NCBI GenBank assembly: GCA_028534125.1
Contig: CM052816.1
Coordinates: 91,390,001 to 91,454,000 of the forward strand
Length of the DNA stretch: 64,000 nucleotides
Direction: 5' to 3'
DNA from: Lama glama
Lineage: Eukaryota
Numbering within the stretch: the stretch's first letter is position 1; every line of letters begins with the position of its first letter. The translations under genes were made by a program, and so were the position numbers. The notes under the pieces are model-generated. The model saw only the letters and a list, made by a program, of their open reading frames with translations, ran no database searches and was not told the DNA's origin. Below are positions 51,684 to 64,000 of this stretch, in pieces.

Positions 51684-52502
51684 GTAAGATCGTGACGTTC
51701 GACGTTAACAAACTGTCAGTAATCCATTTCTTGCAGCTGTTCTGTTTTCATCAGTCGGATCTAATACAGAATGTTGTGGTTCACGTGACCTTGGTTCTCC
51801 AATTCATTACCTATCTGGGGTACGGCAACCTGGCCACTATTCTCAAAAAGCAGAGCATCTATATTTCTAAGTAGTCTGAAAAAAATTAACAGGATAATGC
51901 CCATTCAAAGTGACATATTTTGCAACACAAAGAAGGAGTTGGAGAAATTATTTGGGGCGGGACTTGTAAGGATGGTCATTTATTTCTAAGGGATAAGAGC
52001 AGATAAATCCGTCTCGCTAAGCTGGGAAAACACTGACAAATGCCAATGGCGATATTGTGCATCTAGGGAGATCACGGACACCTGGAGATCTTACATCCTC
52101 GCCTGGCAACTCAGATTCCCCAAGGGCATAAAGAGCTCCTTGGAAGGGTAAGAACTTGGGGACAGTTTTCCTTGCTTTCCTGTGCCTCTTTATGTCCCTT
52201 ATTAAATTCATTGGCTTAGAAGAGAAAAAGGGTGAAACATTTTAGCTTAAATAGACCCTACAGAAATGGTTACTTATGCCTTTCACTTGAGCAATCTCTT
52301 GTTTTCCTTATACTATGTGAAAATGGAAGCCAATTCATGGGGTATTTACGCAGGTGTGTGTGTGTGAAGTGCCATAGGCATTGCGATGATGACCAGTTGA
52401 CAATGGGGGGGAGGACAGAGAGAGGCAACACCAGATTCAGGAGACTCCCTACCCTGATGTGGTTTACAGTTTAAGGGATGTAAAAAGAGCTGAGGGAGGC
52501 AG

Positions 52503-52697
52503 CCATGGTTTGCAAAGTATGGTCCCAGGACGACCGTGGCAGCACCAGCGTCTGCAGCAAGTGCTTTAGACATGCACATTCTCAAGACCCACCCCAGACC
52601 TGCTGAATCAGAGACTTCAAGGTTCCCTCCCCACCAGCCATTGGTGTTTACAAAGACGCCAAGGTGCTGATGTGCGCTGAAGTTTGAGAAGCACTGA
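52503..52697. mobile_element. MER5A-like (hAT-Charlie) DNA transposon
   Basis: tggtttgcaaagtatggtccc...gcagcacc...atgcacattctcaagacccaccccagacctgctgaatcaga...aagtttgagaagcactg. Confidence 0.8.
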
Positions 52698-54249
52698 TTA
52701 GGGAAGGATTCTCAACCTGGAATCCAATGACTTGGTTTCTAGCCCTGGCCTCTGCTTGGACAGATCAACTTCATCCCTCCATATTCCTGTTTTCTCGCCT
52801 ATAAAAACGGGAATAAGCATCTTTAGCACACAGGCTTAACTAAAGGAAATAACTGTTGTCGAGTAATTATGCTATTAACTGGAAGTTGTAGATTAAGAGT
52901 ATCTGAGTAAGTCACCAACATTAAAATACTTGAAATCACTTAAATCAGTGCCTCTATTCACTACAGCCTTAATTTAACTAGCAACTTTAATATTTTCAGT
53001 CTTTTTTTTTTTTAAAAAAGAACTCTATGCATTTAAAACATAAGATCAGGTTGAATTTCACTTCCTTTTCTTCTTTGCTCTCTTGTTACCAATACAAGAC
53101 TAATGAGAAAGAAAAATGATGAAATTTCAGGCCAGAAAGAAAAAAAGAAAGGAGGGAAATGTCAGGAATAATGTGTAAACTGAGCAGATGGTGCCTGACT
53201 AACTGGACTAATCATGTATATGAACAATTTGCCTTAAATATGATAATGTATATGTAAGCATTTGGAAATTTGGAAATCTCTATACAAATCTAATCTCTAG
53301 GGTATGGCTCTTAAAAAAAAAGGAGAATTAATGAAATTATCCCACAAATTCCTCAATGCATTCAGAAACAGTGTTTGTTTCGTCTTGCAACATAGATGTT
53401 GTAAAATGTAGTATTTCATTGATATTGAAGGGAGAGATGGAAAACAAAAGAACCACTAAGCTCCCAATCCAATCTGCAGAGAAGAAATTCCAGTTGACTT
53501 TCTTGATATTACAACACAGAAAAAGACCATATATTTCTTGGTTAGGGAATCATTTTCTTGAATTTCACAGCTTGCTTTTAGCGCTGAGTCATTCTATCTT
53601 AAATTTTGATGGCTAAGGCCAGTCCTTTAATCAGGATTATTAGAATTCCAGTTTTAGGAGTACACACATATGAACTAATGATCTTTTTGACACTATGTGA
53701 CATATTTGGGCTTCCCTTTTGAAATCTGAGCATTTGACCTTTCTATGAAGTCAAATTTCTAAGGAACAAAAATTAACATTTTCCTGGAGACACTTTGGAG
53801 AGTGAATTTTTATCTAAGTTTTAAATATTAACATACTTTTCACTGTCTTTTGGCTCATCAAATCAAAGCCCCACCATTCAGTGAATTATTTTTAAATATT
53901 AAAATAGTAAAAATATTAAAGAAAATATTAAAGAATTCAGACTGAACAACATTGTTTATTTCACTTGGCGATCTCATTAATTAGTCTCTTCGGACCCACA
54001 GAAAAATCGTACCTTTTCCCAAGAAATGGGAACCTACTACAGTCAAGAAAGCAAATACACACAGGCTGCCAACAGGCAACCAGATGCTAATAGCCGGTAT
54101 AGCTCCTGCTAACGTTTCAAATTAATTAAAATGTCTCCTAATTAAACGCACACAGTAACAAAATAGGTTACATTGATTATACCTCAAATACAAGACTAGA
54201 ATCAGAGCTACAGTGAAAAGCAGGTTTGCAGCTTTGAGTCCAATTTGCT

Positions 54250-54560
54250 CAGCTCAGTCCAATAAACTTTCTATGTGTCAGACACAGTGCTGAGTGCTGG
54301 GAATGCAAATAACAGCTGGTCATTTTCCTGCCCCCAAGGAGCTCCCAGCTACAGGGACAGACAGACATGTAAGTGAGGTACCTAGAATTCAGCGGGCTGT
54401 GCACGGCGATGGGATTGTGCACAGGAGATGGTAGTTGGACAGCCGGGAGAGATTGACGCTGGCCGTTTTGTGCAGAGAGGGAATGGTTTCAGGGAGATTT
54501 CATGGGGAAGTGATAGCCAAGCAGGCTGATGGATGAAGAGATGCTTGGCAAGTGGGAAGA
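54250..54560 (-). mobile_element. L2 3' fragment
   Basis: ctatgtgtcagacacagtgctgagtgctgggaatgca...cctgcccccaaggagctc. Confidence 0.55.
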
Positions 54561-55024
54561 TGGCTCCCTAGTCACCACTGGACGATGTAGGATTGGCTCT
54601 TTATTCAGAGCGCTTGCTTTAAAGCGATTGGAATCATTCCCCTATTCCTGTTCGTCCAAGCTTTCAAACTTGTTTATACCTAAATGAGAAGAAGCAGATT
54701 GACAACTTCATAAATTTTCTTAAAAAATAATTCTGAAAATCCATAGAAGATTATTCTAGAATCAAAAAATATTATAATCCAGCCAGTGTATACAATGTTT
54801 AGGAAGAGATTATTATTGGACTGTTAAATAGAAATGTAAATATCTCTAGAAAATGTATTTACTTGGGAAAATGTACTTAGTTCCAGACAAAGTAAATCTG
54901 TTTGTTGTTTTCATTTATTATTAACCAATACATTGTCTGCTTTCCCACGATCCAGTTTCTTCTTGCTATTAAAGTTTTGAATTCTCCTAAGGGTCTGGAT
55001 TCTCTTATAGTTCAAATATCTCGA

Positions 55025-55225
55025 TCAAGTCTGCCGAACAGAACTTTCTGCAATGATGAAAATGTTGTGGAACTGTGCTGTCCAATACAAAAGACACTAG
55101 CTACATTTGGCTGTTGTGCACTTGAAATACAGTTAGTGAGAATGAGAAACTCAATTTTAAATTTAGCTTTATTTAAATTAACTTAAATAGCCACTCTGGC
55201 TAATGGCTACCATATTGGATAGATT
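55025..55225. mobile_element. MER3-like (hAT-Charlie) DNA transposon
   Basis: aacagaactttctgcaatgatgaaaatgtt...gtgctgtccaata...gcacttgaaat...aatagccactctggctaatggctaccatattggatag. Confidence 0.8.
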
Positions 55226-58200
55226 TCTACATGATGGAATGGTAAATGTGTGAGAGTTTGATGAACAGGTTTCACCTTGTCTGAATAGACCAGTTGTATT
55301 TCCTAAATGATAAAGTAACTCTGTTCCCTGAAAGACGAATAAAGTGAAAATGAGTTCAAGACAATTAAGAGAAGGCTATTAAAGGTGAGCGGGTGGTGGT
55401 CAAAAGGTAGACAGAGAACCGTAAGTGGGAGACGTCTTAAGGAAGTGGGAGTACAAAGAAATATGACTTTACATATTTGGTGAGCTCTTTTAAATATTTG
55501 AATAGATGACATCCAGACTATGATTGTGCACTAGGAAAACTAATCTGATATAAAGGATTTAAATCACTGAGATGTTGTAGCCCAGGGGCGGCAATTTAGG
55601 GAGCAGAAATAATCACAGCAGGCTGCTGCTCTTGGCTCCCCTCTAAGGAGATCTGCACAGTGGACAAAGGAAGACGAGCAAATTCAGAAAGGAAGCACAA
55701 ATGCACGGGGGAAGGCTCTGGGCACAGGACCTGGTTCTCAGTTCCATATTTTGCACATTGAGAAAATAGAAGTTTGATATTGCTTCACTTGGCTATTTTT
55801 TGCTCCAGGCACAGCAGCTGAAACTAACACATGATTTAACATTTTATTGATGTGAAATCTGAAATGCACATTTTCTTTTTTTTTATATTATATGAGGAAA
55901 AGTGAAGAAGTTTGACAAAAGAATTTCAGCGTAATCAGAGTCTTGGTTATGGCAAATGAGTCCACACCATCGAGGACGACCAGTTGCCCATGTAATAGTT
56001 GTTTCCACCTAAAATGGTGCTTTTAGGTCATCTTCCTTCCTGTGGCTTGCTATCAACAGATATAACCCAATCAGCATAAGCAAAGAATAATTAAGAAATG
56101 AATCAACCAAGGAAGAAAATTGTCATACATTCCAAGCAAAATATAAAGGATGTTAAAACTCTCCTCTGTTTAAAACTTTCCATGCTCTCTGGCGCTTCCC
56201 AGCATGATTCAGAAGTTGACAATATTTCTTAAAGTGTTTTAGGTGAAAAACATATTTACTGAGACTTAGAAAGAAATTAGCATTAGAATTGAAATATGCC
56301 ATGATTTAGAGCAGGAAAAAAAGTGGGTTTTCTGGAGAGCCCCCACCAGAGAGCCACCAATTCTCACACTGTCACACAGGGTCATCAAACATACAGATGA
56401 GTGTGCTTGAAAGGACAGTTGCTGGCAACTCCTGGGTCATTGTAGAGAAATAGCATTTTTTTTAAGCTGCAAAATATTTATGAATAAATATAAAATGTAT
56501 CAAATAATTCCAGGTGAAAATGTAAAAAAATCAAGAGAACAGTCAAATTCACCACTCTCTAGGGTCCCTGAGGTATTGTCCTGCACAGAGGACTTTGTGG
56601 ATGTCTGACACAGTAAGCTCTTTCCCAGCCCTGCCTACCGAGAGCCAGGACCACAGAACCCAGTGTGGTCTGACATGGGCTGTCTCCACATCGAAGACAC
56701 TTTCTCTATGGGAAGTGAGGACAATAGCTGTCGGCCACCAACACCCCCTCTACCTCTTCTCAGGGCTGCACCTTACCTTATTCAGAATTATCAGCAAGTT
56801 TGATCATAAGACTTCAAATATATGTAAAGTAGATTTTTTTTTTTTTGGTGAAGGAAGCTGACTTTCCATCATAGTCCGCCCCCTCCCACCCCAGTCACCA
56901 CCACCACTACCAAGTCTGGGATCTGAGCCACTTGGATCGCTCAGGAAAACAGAGCTTTGACCATCAGTAGGTCAGCATCCAGCCAGAGAGGGGATGCAGA
57001 TGGCAGCCTGAGTGCCTTGGCTGGCACTGTGGGTGACAGCGGGAGGTGGAGGGTGGGAGGTGTTGTCCCTGTTGTCTCATTCTGAGTTTCATAGGAAGCA
57101 TTCATGTGGATAAGTCTGCATGAATCATAAGGCACACGAAAAAAGCTCCACTTGAACACCGTTTGGAAAAATAACTAGGGAAGTCAATTAGCCCAGTGCT
57201 TCCTTTTTGAATCTCCTATCACAACTTTCCCTGCAGACATAAGAAGACTGTCGGCCATCTCTGCTCCATTTCTGGCTTCCGCTTCCTGATCTATAATTTG
57301 ATTGGGGACCAACATCCCTCCAGCGTCTCAATTTGGCTACTTAGGAGAACTTTATCCAGCTGCTAATGTAGGGTGGATGGAAACCTTCTACTCTTGTCCA
57401 GAGTCCCGCTGGGTTTCCCTTCAAACTTCCTCCCAGGCGAGGACGGGCGGTGAGGCTGGCGTCGCTGGCTGGTCTGTCACCCCTGCAGCAGATTCGCATG
57501 CTCTCCTAGCTTGTTTGGAATCATTTCTCAGAGCAGAATTCCTTTATGAGCACAGATCATTATTTCCTGGTTTCAGAATATCTTAACCCGCTTCATGCCC
57601 CAGAAAATGCCCCAACTGCACTTGGAGTCTGATGCAACACGGCCGGCCTAAATCATGAGCGGCTGTCCATCCTCCAACGTGTCCCAGCCTAGGACTTTTT
57701 CCGCTTTCTGATTTCTGAGCACTCCCTCCCTTGGAGGGAGAGGCAGAATGGCCCCTTATAATTCAAAATTGCTGGAGGAAAAACAAATCTTTACCCTCTA
57801 TATGTTTTGAGAAGTAAGCCGTTATTATCGCTTTACTCTGGAGGCACAAATTATAGGCTTTTCCATGCCTTAATCATACTGATGTTTACCGATTTCTCTG
57901 AAGATTATTATCATAGTTGGTTATTAGCGGGATTGCTGTCTTTAAAGTCTCGGGAAAGAAAATAGAAGGGACCTTGCTTTTGCTACTTGCCCTCAGGGCT
58001 GTGCCTGAAATGGTCTCTCAAAGTGAATTAACTCCTTAGGCCCCCTCCTGGGGGATAAAACCCAACGCCTTACTCTCCTGTGACCTTGTACAGTTCAAGT
58101 TCTTTCGGAGAAATGTTGACATGATTAGCCTAGCAGCAGACCAGATCTATTGTCATTAGTGAGTTTTGTTTCCGGCCACCTCTCTCAACGGGGTCCAGCT

Positions 58201-58292
58201 TAGCCAAAGAAATGTTAGTCGCCTCTTGGGCCAACATTCGCTGAGTATTTATTGCGTCCCACATCTGGGATGCAGGAGGGAGATATAAATAG

Positions 58293-58562
58293 TACAGGGT
58301 GTGCTGCCTGTTTTTAATCTAAGAATGATTTTTACATTTTGAAATGGTTGACTAAACACGGAGATTATTTCATGGCACATGAAAATTATATCAGATATAA
58401 ATTTCAGTGCCTATAAAAGAAGTTTGGTTGAAACGCAGTCATGTCCATTCATTTACGTGTTGTTAGTGAGAGACTGCAAACTCGTCAAAGAGGGATCATG
58501 ATGTTTACATAGCCTCCGATATTTACTGTCTGGCTCTTTACAGAAAAGCTTCATCGAGCCTT
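58293..58562. mobile_element. MER58-like (hAT-Charlie) DNA transposon
   Basis: gctgcctgttttt...ctaagaatgatttttacatttt...aaatttcagtgcctataaaagaagttt...atatttactgtctggctctttacagaaaa. Confidence 0.7.
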
Positions 58563-58941
58563 GGAATAGAGCATCCTCCCTGCTCTCCAGCTGCTGGAGA
58601 GAGACAGGCAGGGAAATAAGCAATTAAAACACAGCATGGGAAGTGCCAGGAGAGAAATAGATGTGAGAGCAGATGGGGGAAGGTTAATTATACTTAAGGT
58701 CGGAAATTCAAGCTGGAGATTTATGTAGCAGTTGAAACCTGGATGAGTGACTGGATGAGAGGAGTGGCAGTTTGAGGAAGGTGGTGAGACACAGAGAGTA
58801 GGCAGAGGGAGGCGTATGGCCAGAGAAAGACAGAGCTGAGTCAGGTGAGACGAGGAAGGACTTGGGGGCGGAAGAGCAAGTGTCGGACAGTGCCGGGTGC
58901 CTTGTCAAGAGTGGGTGAAATAAAGCCAAAAGGTATCACTG

Positions 58942-59583
58942 TGCTGCAGGAAGACAGATGTGGGCATGAGGAGGGCCTTGTCCTAGGTGTCCGTCGAGTC
59001 CCTGGGACGTGCCCCGCCAAGTGTGCTTCCTTGGCTTCACGCAGGAAAGAATTCAAGAGCGAGCCACAGCTGAGTAAAGGTAGATTTATTTAGACATACA
59101 TACTGCCTAGAGTGTAGGCTGCTTCAGAAGGTGAGAGAAGGGCCACGAGGTGTGGGGGTTGGGTGCTCAGGTTAAAGGAAAAGTATACACTCCATAGACA
59201 GGGTGTGGCTGTCTCTCTGTAGAGGAGGGAGCAAGAGAGGTGGCCATGAGGGGTGCTGTTGCCAGTTTTTATGGGCTCGGTAGCTTCACATGCCTACAAG
59301 TGGGAGGACTGTTCCAGCTGCCCTGGGGAAGGGGCTGGGAGTCCCAGAAATTGGGCCATCGCCCACTCTTTGACCTTTTGTGGTTAACCTTGGGACGGTC
59401 ATGGCACCTGTGGGCATGTTATTCATCATGTTAATATATTACAATGGGTGTATAATGAAGCTCAAGGTCTATTAGAAGTCAAACCTCCTCCCATCTTAAG
59501 CCTACTGGGAGTTGAATCTTCTGCCATTTTGGTGTGAATTGCTGTGTCATTCCTTGAATGGCTCTGCTCTGACCATCGTCTCA
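58942..59583 (-). mobile_element. Complete ERV1 solo LTR (642 bp) with TG...CA ends and 4-bp TSD ACTG
   Basis: Starts tgctgca and ends gtctca, with ACTG at 58938-58941 and 59584-59587. - strand AATAAA at ~59085-59090, followed by TGGCTCGCTCTTGAATTCTTTCCTGCGTG, typical of MER4/MER41-group U5 regions. Confidence 0.85.
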
Positions 59584-61379
59584 ACTGGATTCGGCAATAT
59601 GGGGTTGAATGGATAGACACAAGGTTACAGTAGGCTGAGAATGGCTGAGATAGGCAGAAAGGGGCTCCCAGTATAAGCTGATTTATAAACTTGGCTGAAA
59701 AAGAACACAGGTATGAGGGTAGAATCTAGAGAGATGTGTGTGGAATTAAGAGAGGTTCTATTTATCTGTTTTAATGGCAGAGTTAGGTTTGAGCAAATGC
59801 TGAGAGGACAGACCCAGATGAAATTGGAAGAAAGATTAAAGATCCAGTTGGGAAGGAACAACCTGATGCCCCTGAGATGCAGAGATGGAACCCAGCATGC
59901 AAGGAAGTGGTCTGTCTTGCACAGGACGCGTCCGCATGCCCGTGAGATGGGCAGGCAGGAAGAGAGGGTGGGTACAGTTGGACATGGCTGCTTGTGCTGC
60001 TCCGGGAGAATAAACTGAAGGGCTTCCTTGCAGATCTCCTGTTTCTCAGGCAAGCAGGTAGTTTAGGTATCTGTTGAGACAGAGAAGGAACAGTTTGGGG
60101 AATGGAGTCTGAGGGGAGCATTAAAAATGATAATCAGCTGTCGGGGGCTTTGGGGAGAGGAGACTGAGCTAGGAGACAGGAAGAATCACTGGGCATGACT
60201 GAGTGCCCTCCTGAGGCTGGGGAGGGTTGGTTGTGTATTTTCACCCATTAGAGTTGAGGAGTAAGTACAATGTGGTGAAATGGTAAGGCTGGGCTAGCAG
60301 GAGGTTTTATACACAGAGTTGCTGGAAGATCAGCAGTGAGATCAACATTGCCGTTCACCTCGAGTGGTGGGAGAGGGATCACAGGATGGGGTGTGCTTTC
60401 TCAGTGGCTCGGGAAGGAACCAGAGCCAGAAAGAAGCTGGCAGACTGGGGAAAGATTGTCCAACATAGGGGCTCAAAGTTTTCAGGAGGTGGAACAGGGT
60501 GCATTTGTTGAGATTAAGAAAGTCGGTAAGTGAGAAGCACTGAAGGAGTTTGTTGTCAGCAATGGTGGTGGAGTTTCAGAGCTTGCAACTGGAATGGCTT
60601 CTGGAAGGGAAAGTCCTGGGCTGGGGTGAAGGTGGGACAAGGGTTATGCAAGTCAGAGCATGGTCAAGTCATCCACATGGACCTGGAGGGTTTGGGTCTA
60701 TGGGGCTGAGGAGCTCCAGGAGCCAGGGCACAAATCATCTGAGATTGCGGGAGGTGCCGAGAGGCCAGGAGGGGACATCTTTTGTGGCTGCCCTCTGTAT
60801 GCAAGCATGCGTGCATGCGTGCGTGTGCACATGTGTGTGCCTGTGCATGTGTGTTTGTGTTTTGTTTGACTTTACTCCTTCTTTGACTTGACTATTTTCC
60901 AGAAGACTGATTGTGTGATTTCTAAACACATGAGGCTCAAAACAATTGCAACAACTTTAGAGATCCGAGTACATTCCTAGGTGACTCTGAAATTAGGTTA
61001 TCAAAGAGGCCAAGTCAACATGGAAATGGGAAGTTTTCCTTGAAAGAGAGAGCAGAGTAGACTGTGTGCTATTGGAAACCATGACATGAAAAGGCAGTTC
61101 CCTTAACCTAAGAACCTAGAGATTGTTTTTCAGAACTGGGACCCACCTCTTTGGGGACCTCCTGGCTTCAGATTATTTTGCAGCAAAGAACTTTCTGATT
61201 GAGGAGAGTGTGAACATGATCACTTTTCTAAATGATGCTCCTACGTAGAACACAGAGGATACAGGACTATGGATGTGCTGGCAAGGGTCCTCTGGGGTCA
61301 TGAGCATAGAAACGGAGCCCATATATGCCTTCTACTGCTTCCAAGTATGTGAAAAGGAGGTTTTAAAAACCGAATCTCC

Positions 61380-61590
61380 AATGATGGCTAAGATCATGTT
61401 TACTGTGATCCAGGTAACATTCTAAGCACTTTACATCAGTTTCCACACTTAGTCCTCTCAACAGCCCTGTGAGGTGTGGGTGTTCATCTCCCAGATGAGA
61501 AAACTAAGGTACCATTGACTAGTTTCTGGAGGTCACACAGAAGAGGGGCCCAAGATTGGACTCCAGGCACTGTCACTCCAGAGCCTGTGT
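61380..61590 (-). mobile_element. MIR SINE
   Basis: ttctaagcactttacat...cctcaacagccctgtgaggt...cagatgagaaaactaagg...ggtcacacag. Confidence 0.7.
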
Positions 61591-62831
61591 AAAAATATGT
61601 GATTCAGTTAATTCTACTTATTATTTGGTTTAAAAAAAACTCTCCTTATATGCTGAGCTTGAATAGCTAATTTACAAAATGTTGTCTATTCAGTAAAGTG
61701 AAACAATGTCTTTAGGTTGCTGTCTCAAACACCTAAGGCATGGTATCAGCAATATATACTTTTTTTAACTACTGATTTTAGATCAGAAATAGAGAAAAAA
61801 ATTTCCCTAAAAACCCAAAGTAATGATCTATTTTGTGTAGTCTTTATTTATTTATTCCAATTAATAGAACCAAAAACATACAGAAATATTATTAAAGAGA
61901 ATGAAATATTTAATATACCATACCAAAAGCCATTTCTCTCTCTTTTCATTGTCTAAGTGAAACAGTTTCTTGATAAGAATTGCTAGTATTAAGAATCACA
62001 TCTCAACCTTGAATTTTCTTGCTAGATCACAGAATAGAATGTTATGGAAACCTAAGGTCTTAACATTTTTATATTCAGGCTAAAATTTCATTGATATTTT
62101 CACTTAACAACCCTGAGAGAATTAGAAATTTTACTTATGCTTAGATGTCAGCTTTTGTTTATATTTTTACCCATAGCTCATATGATTTAAGAGAAATGAA
62201 AAGCAAAGCCAACAAAAGTGAAATAGCCTATGTCAGGTTACAAAAGTAAACAGATTTTAATTAGATATTTCAGTTAAATCTTTTAAAATGTTGTTCTCAC
62301 CCCATGAAATGGGACAATCAATACATGCATTGCCAACTTGAAGATTAATGAAATCACGACCTGCAAGTTTGCAGTAGATAGTTTATCCATTGGAGATGAA
62401 AAGGAAAATTAGATGTACAGATTTCTACTTGCCACAGAAAAAGTCCACCAATAGCCTCCTTCTAAGGACTCGCTTTGGTTCAGAATGTGGAAAGCAAATG
62501 GAAATCTACTAAAGCAGATTTCCAATCCTTAAAGCATTAACACAGAAGATAGACATTGATAGGGTTTTCAACCAAATATTGTTACATTGAGATTTGCAGA
62601 GTTACTTACTTTATATGTTGTGAAGGTCACTGCAATCTTCCCATCTCCTGTCCATCTCTTAGGTGTTAGGCATGGGCCTAGGCATCTTGTAATTATCTGG
62701 GTTAATGATTGTTTGACTCAAGCAAACATTTGATGATTAGGTCAACAAGACAGTGGGAGAGGCTCCTACAATTTACAGAGGCTGAAAACAAATCCTTGTA
62801 AAGACTTTAGCTCTTCTACTTCTTCTAGGCC

Positions 62832-62859
62832 GTGTGTGTGTGTGTGTGTGTGTGTGTGT
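62832..62859. repeat. (TG)n microsatellite
   Basis: Directly visible; other CA/TG runs at 11825-11858, 49662-49685 and 60805-60860. Confidence 0.9.
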
Positions 62860-64000
62860 ATTTTGGAGGGACTGGGGCAAAACCCACTGTTGAGCAATGT
62901 GGGTTCAGATCCCTAAACCCTTTTCATTTCCAGTCTTGGAGTGTATATTTTAGTCTCTCTTTGGTATCTCAAGGTGTTACTCTAACATATGAAAGAACAA
63001 TATTTGAGACCTTTTGTGTTTTAACAGCACTGTCATCCCTAGATAGAGTCAGTCTTGTCATCCTTGAGATTCCAGTGACGGTCACTCTTCTCTTTCTTAT
63101 TCCTTCTCATTTAGCAAAGATTTATTGAGCTCCTACTTTGTATCGGTCATTGAAGTAGGAAGAGGGTTCCTTCCAGTCTTCAGGGAATACATGGCTGATT
63201 GGGGCCACAGAGAGATAATACTCTGTTTTATCCCAGATTTGCTAAGAAGACAGAATTAGCAGAATTCAGTGCCCAGAGGATAGACTAGTCTATAGATGAT
63301 TCAGGTTTCAACCTAACTGGGGGATGGTCACGAACTGAAATAGGGATGGCAGGTTGAGAAGCAAACTCAACCTGTGTTCAGACCTTCTAGAAAAGACTGC
63401 GCTTCCCTCCCTGGCAGCTGGTGAGAGGTTATACTCCACATTAAAGTTTGCCTTTGCCATCCTGTTCTGTTCCCAGGCCAGGATGCCATCAGCACTGACG
63501 ACCCAGTGCTCTTTGAATCCAGGCTGATGACTGACTGCAGATTTCACTGAGGGAGAGGAAGACATAGAGGGTTGCAGTGTCGTAAAGTCAGCACCAGGGC
63601 TTTTCTTGTATGTTTCTTAGGAAAAAACAGTCATTTAGAGCCTTAACTATTATAATAATCATTTCTTCATGTATGCTGTTCTCCACTTTGGAGGTGGGGT
63701 GGATTAGCTCATCTATATTTGGACATTAGCCGGCCTCTAGTGTCAAGTTTCATGTTGTGGGAAGTTTCTGAATAATTTGTTGTCCTTATCATATTATTTT
63801 GATATGATAGACAGAAAAATTTTTTTTAACCAATGCTAATGATGATCTGTATCTGAACCCTTGAGCTTTAAACCCTCATGACCAGCCTGCCATTCTCAAC
63901 CTGGTTCTGGGAGTGGGGGAAGATATAGATACATATAATATTCAACAAAACAAAAATCAACTCATCTTTTATAGATACAAGTGCATTTTATGTAGGATAT

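Noticed and set aside
59625..60121. Overlapping 100-142 aa ORFs on both strands
   Set aside because: No recognisable domain or splice structure; the purine-rich sequence looks like decayed L2-type DNA.
1..64000. CRISPR arrays, tRNA/rRNA genes, processed pseudogenes or prokaryote-type operons
   Set aside because: None seen; the sequence is mammalian intronic DNA and the short tandem repeats are simple microsatellites without unique spacers.

Overview
Mammalian (eutherian) genomic DNA. It is almost entirely intronic sequence of a + strand gene. The only host coding sequence I can support is one 193-bp internal exon (51491-51683) of the membrane-associated RING-CH E3 ligase MARCHF11 (MARCH11), encoding its two transmembrane helices. 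The rest is mostly old interspersed repeats (L1, L2, MIR, MaLR/MLT1, MER DNA transposons, ERV1 solo LTRs) and microsatellites. I saw no Alu, B1/B2, Bov-tA, PRE-1 or Can-SINE elements, and the L1 3' ends look cetartiodactyl (possibly camelid; this is inference). The most notable element is a decayed class I (gamma-like) endogenous retrovirus at ~39911-45482 on the - strand, antisense to the host gene and nested in an old L1. It keeps recognisable RT, RNase H, integrase and a full-length but disabled env (CWLC, furin KVKR, ISD, CX6CC, TM). It has lost the 3' half of its 5' LTR, the PBS, gag and pro in one deletion. A second oddity is a ~300-bp tailless internal L1 ORF2 fragment with a perfect 14-bp target-site duplication (3322-3652), which looks like an internally primed insertion. 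I found no evidence for an intact novel protein-coding system. Repeat family names come from recalled consensus sequences and need RepeatMasker/Dfam confirmation. Boundaries of old repeats are approximate.
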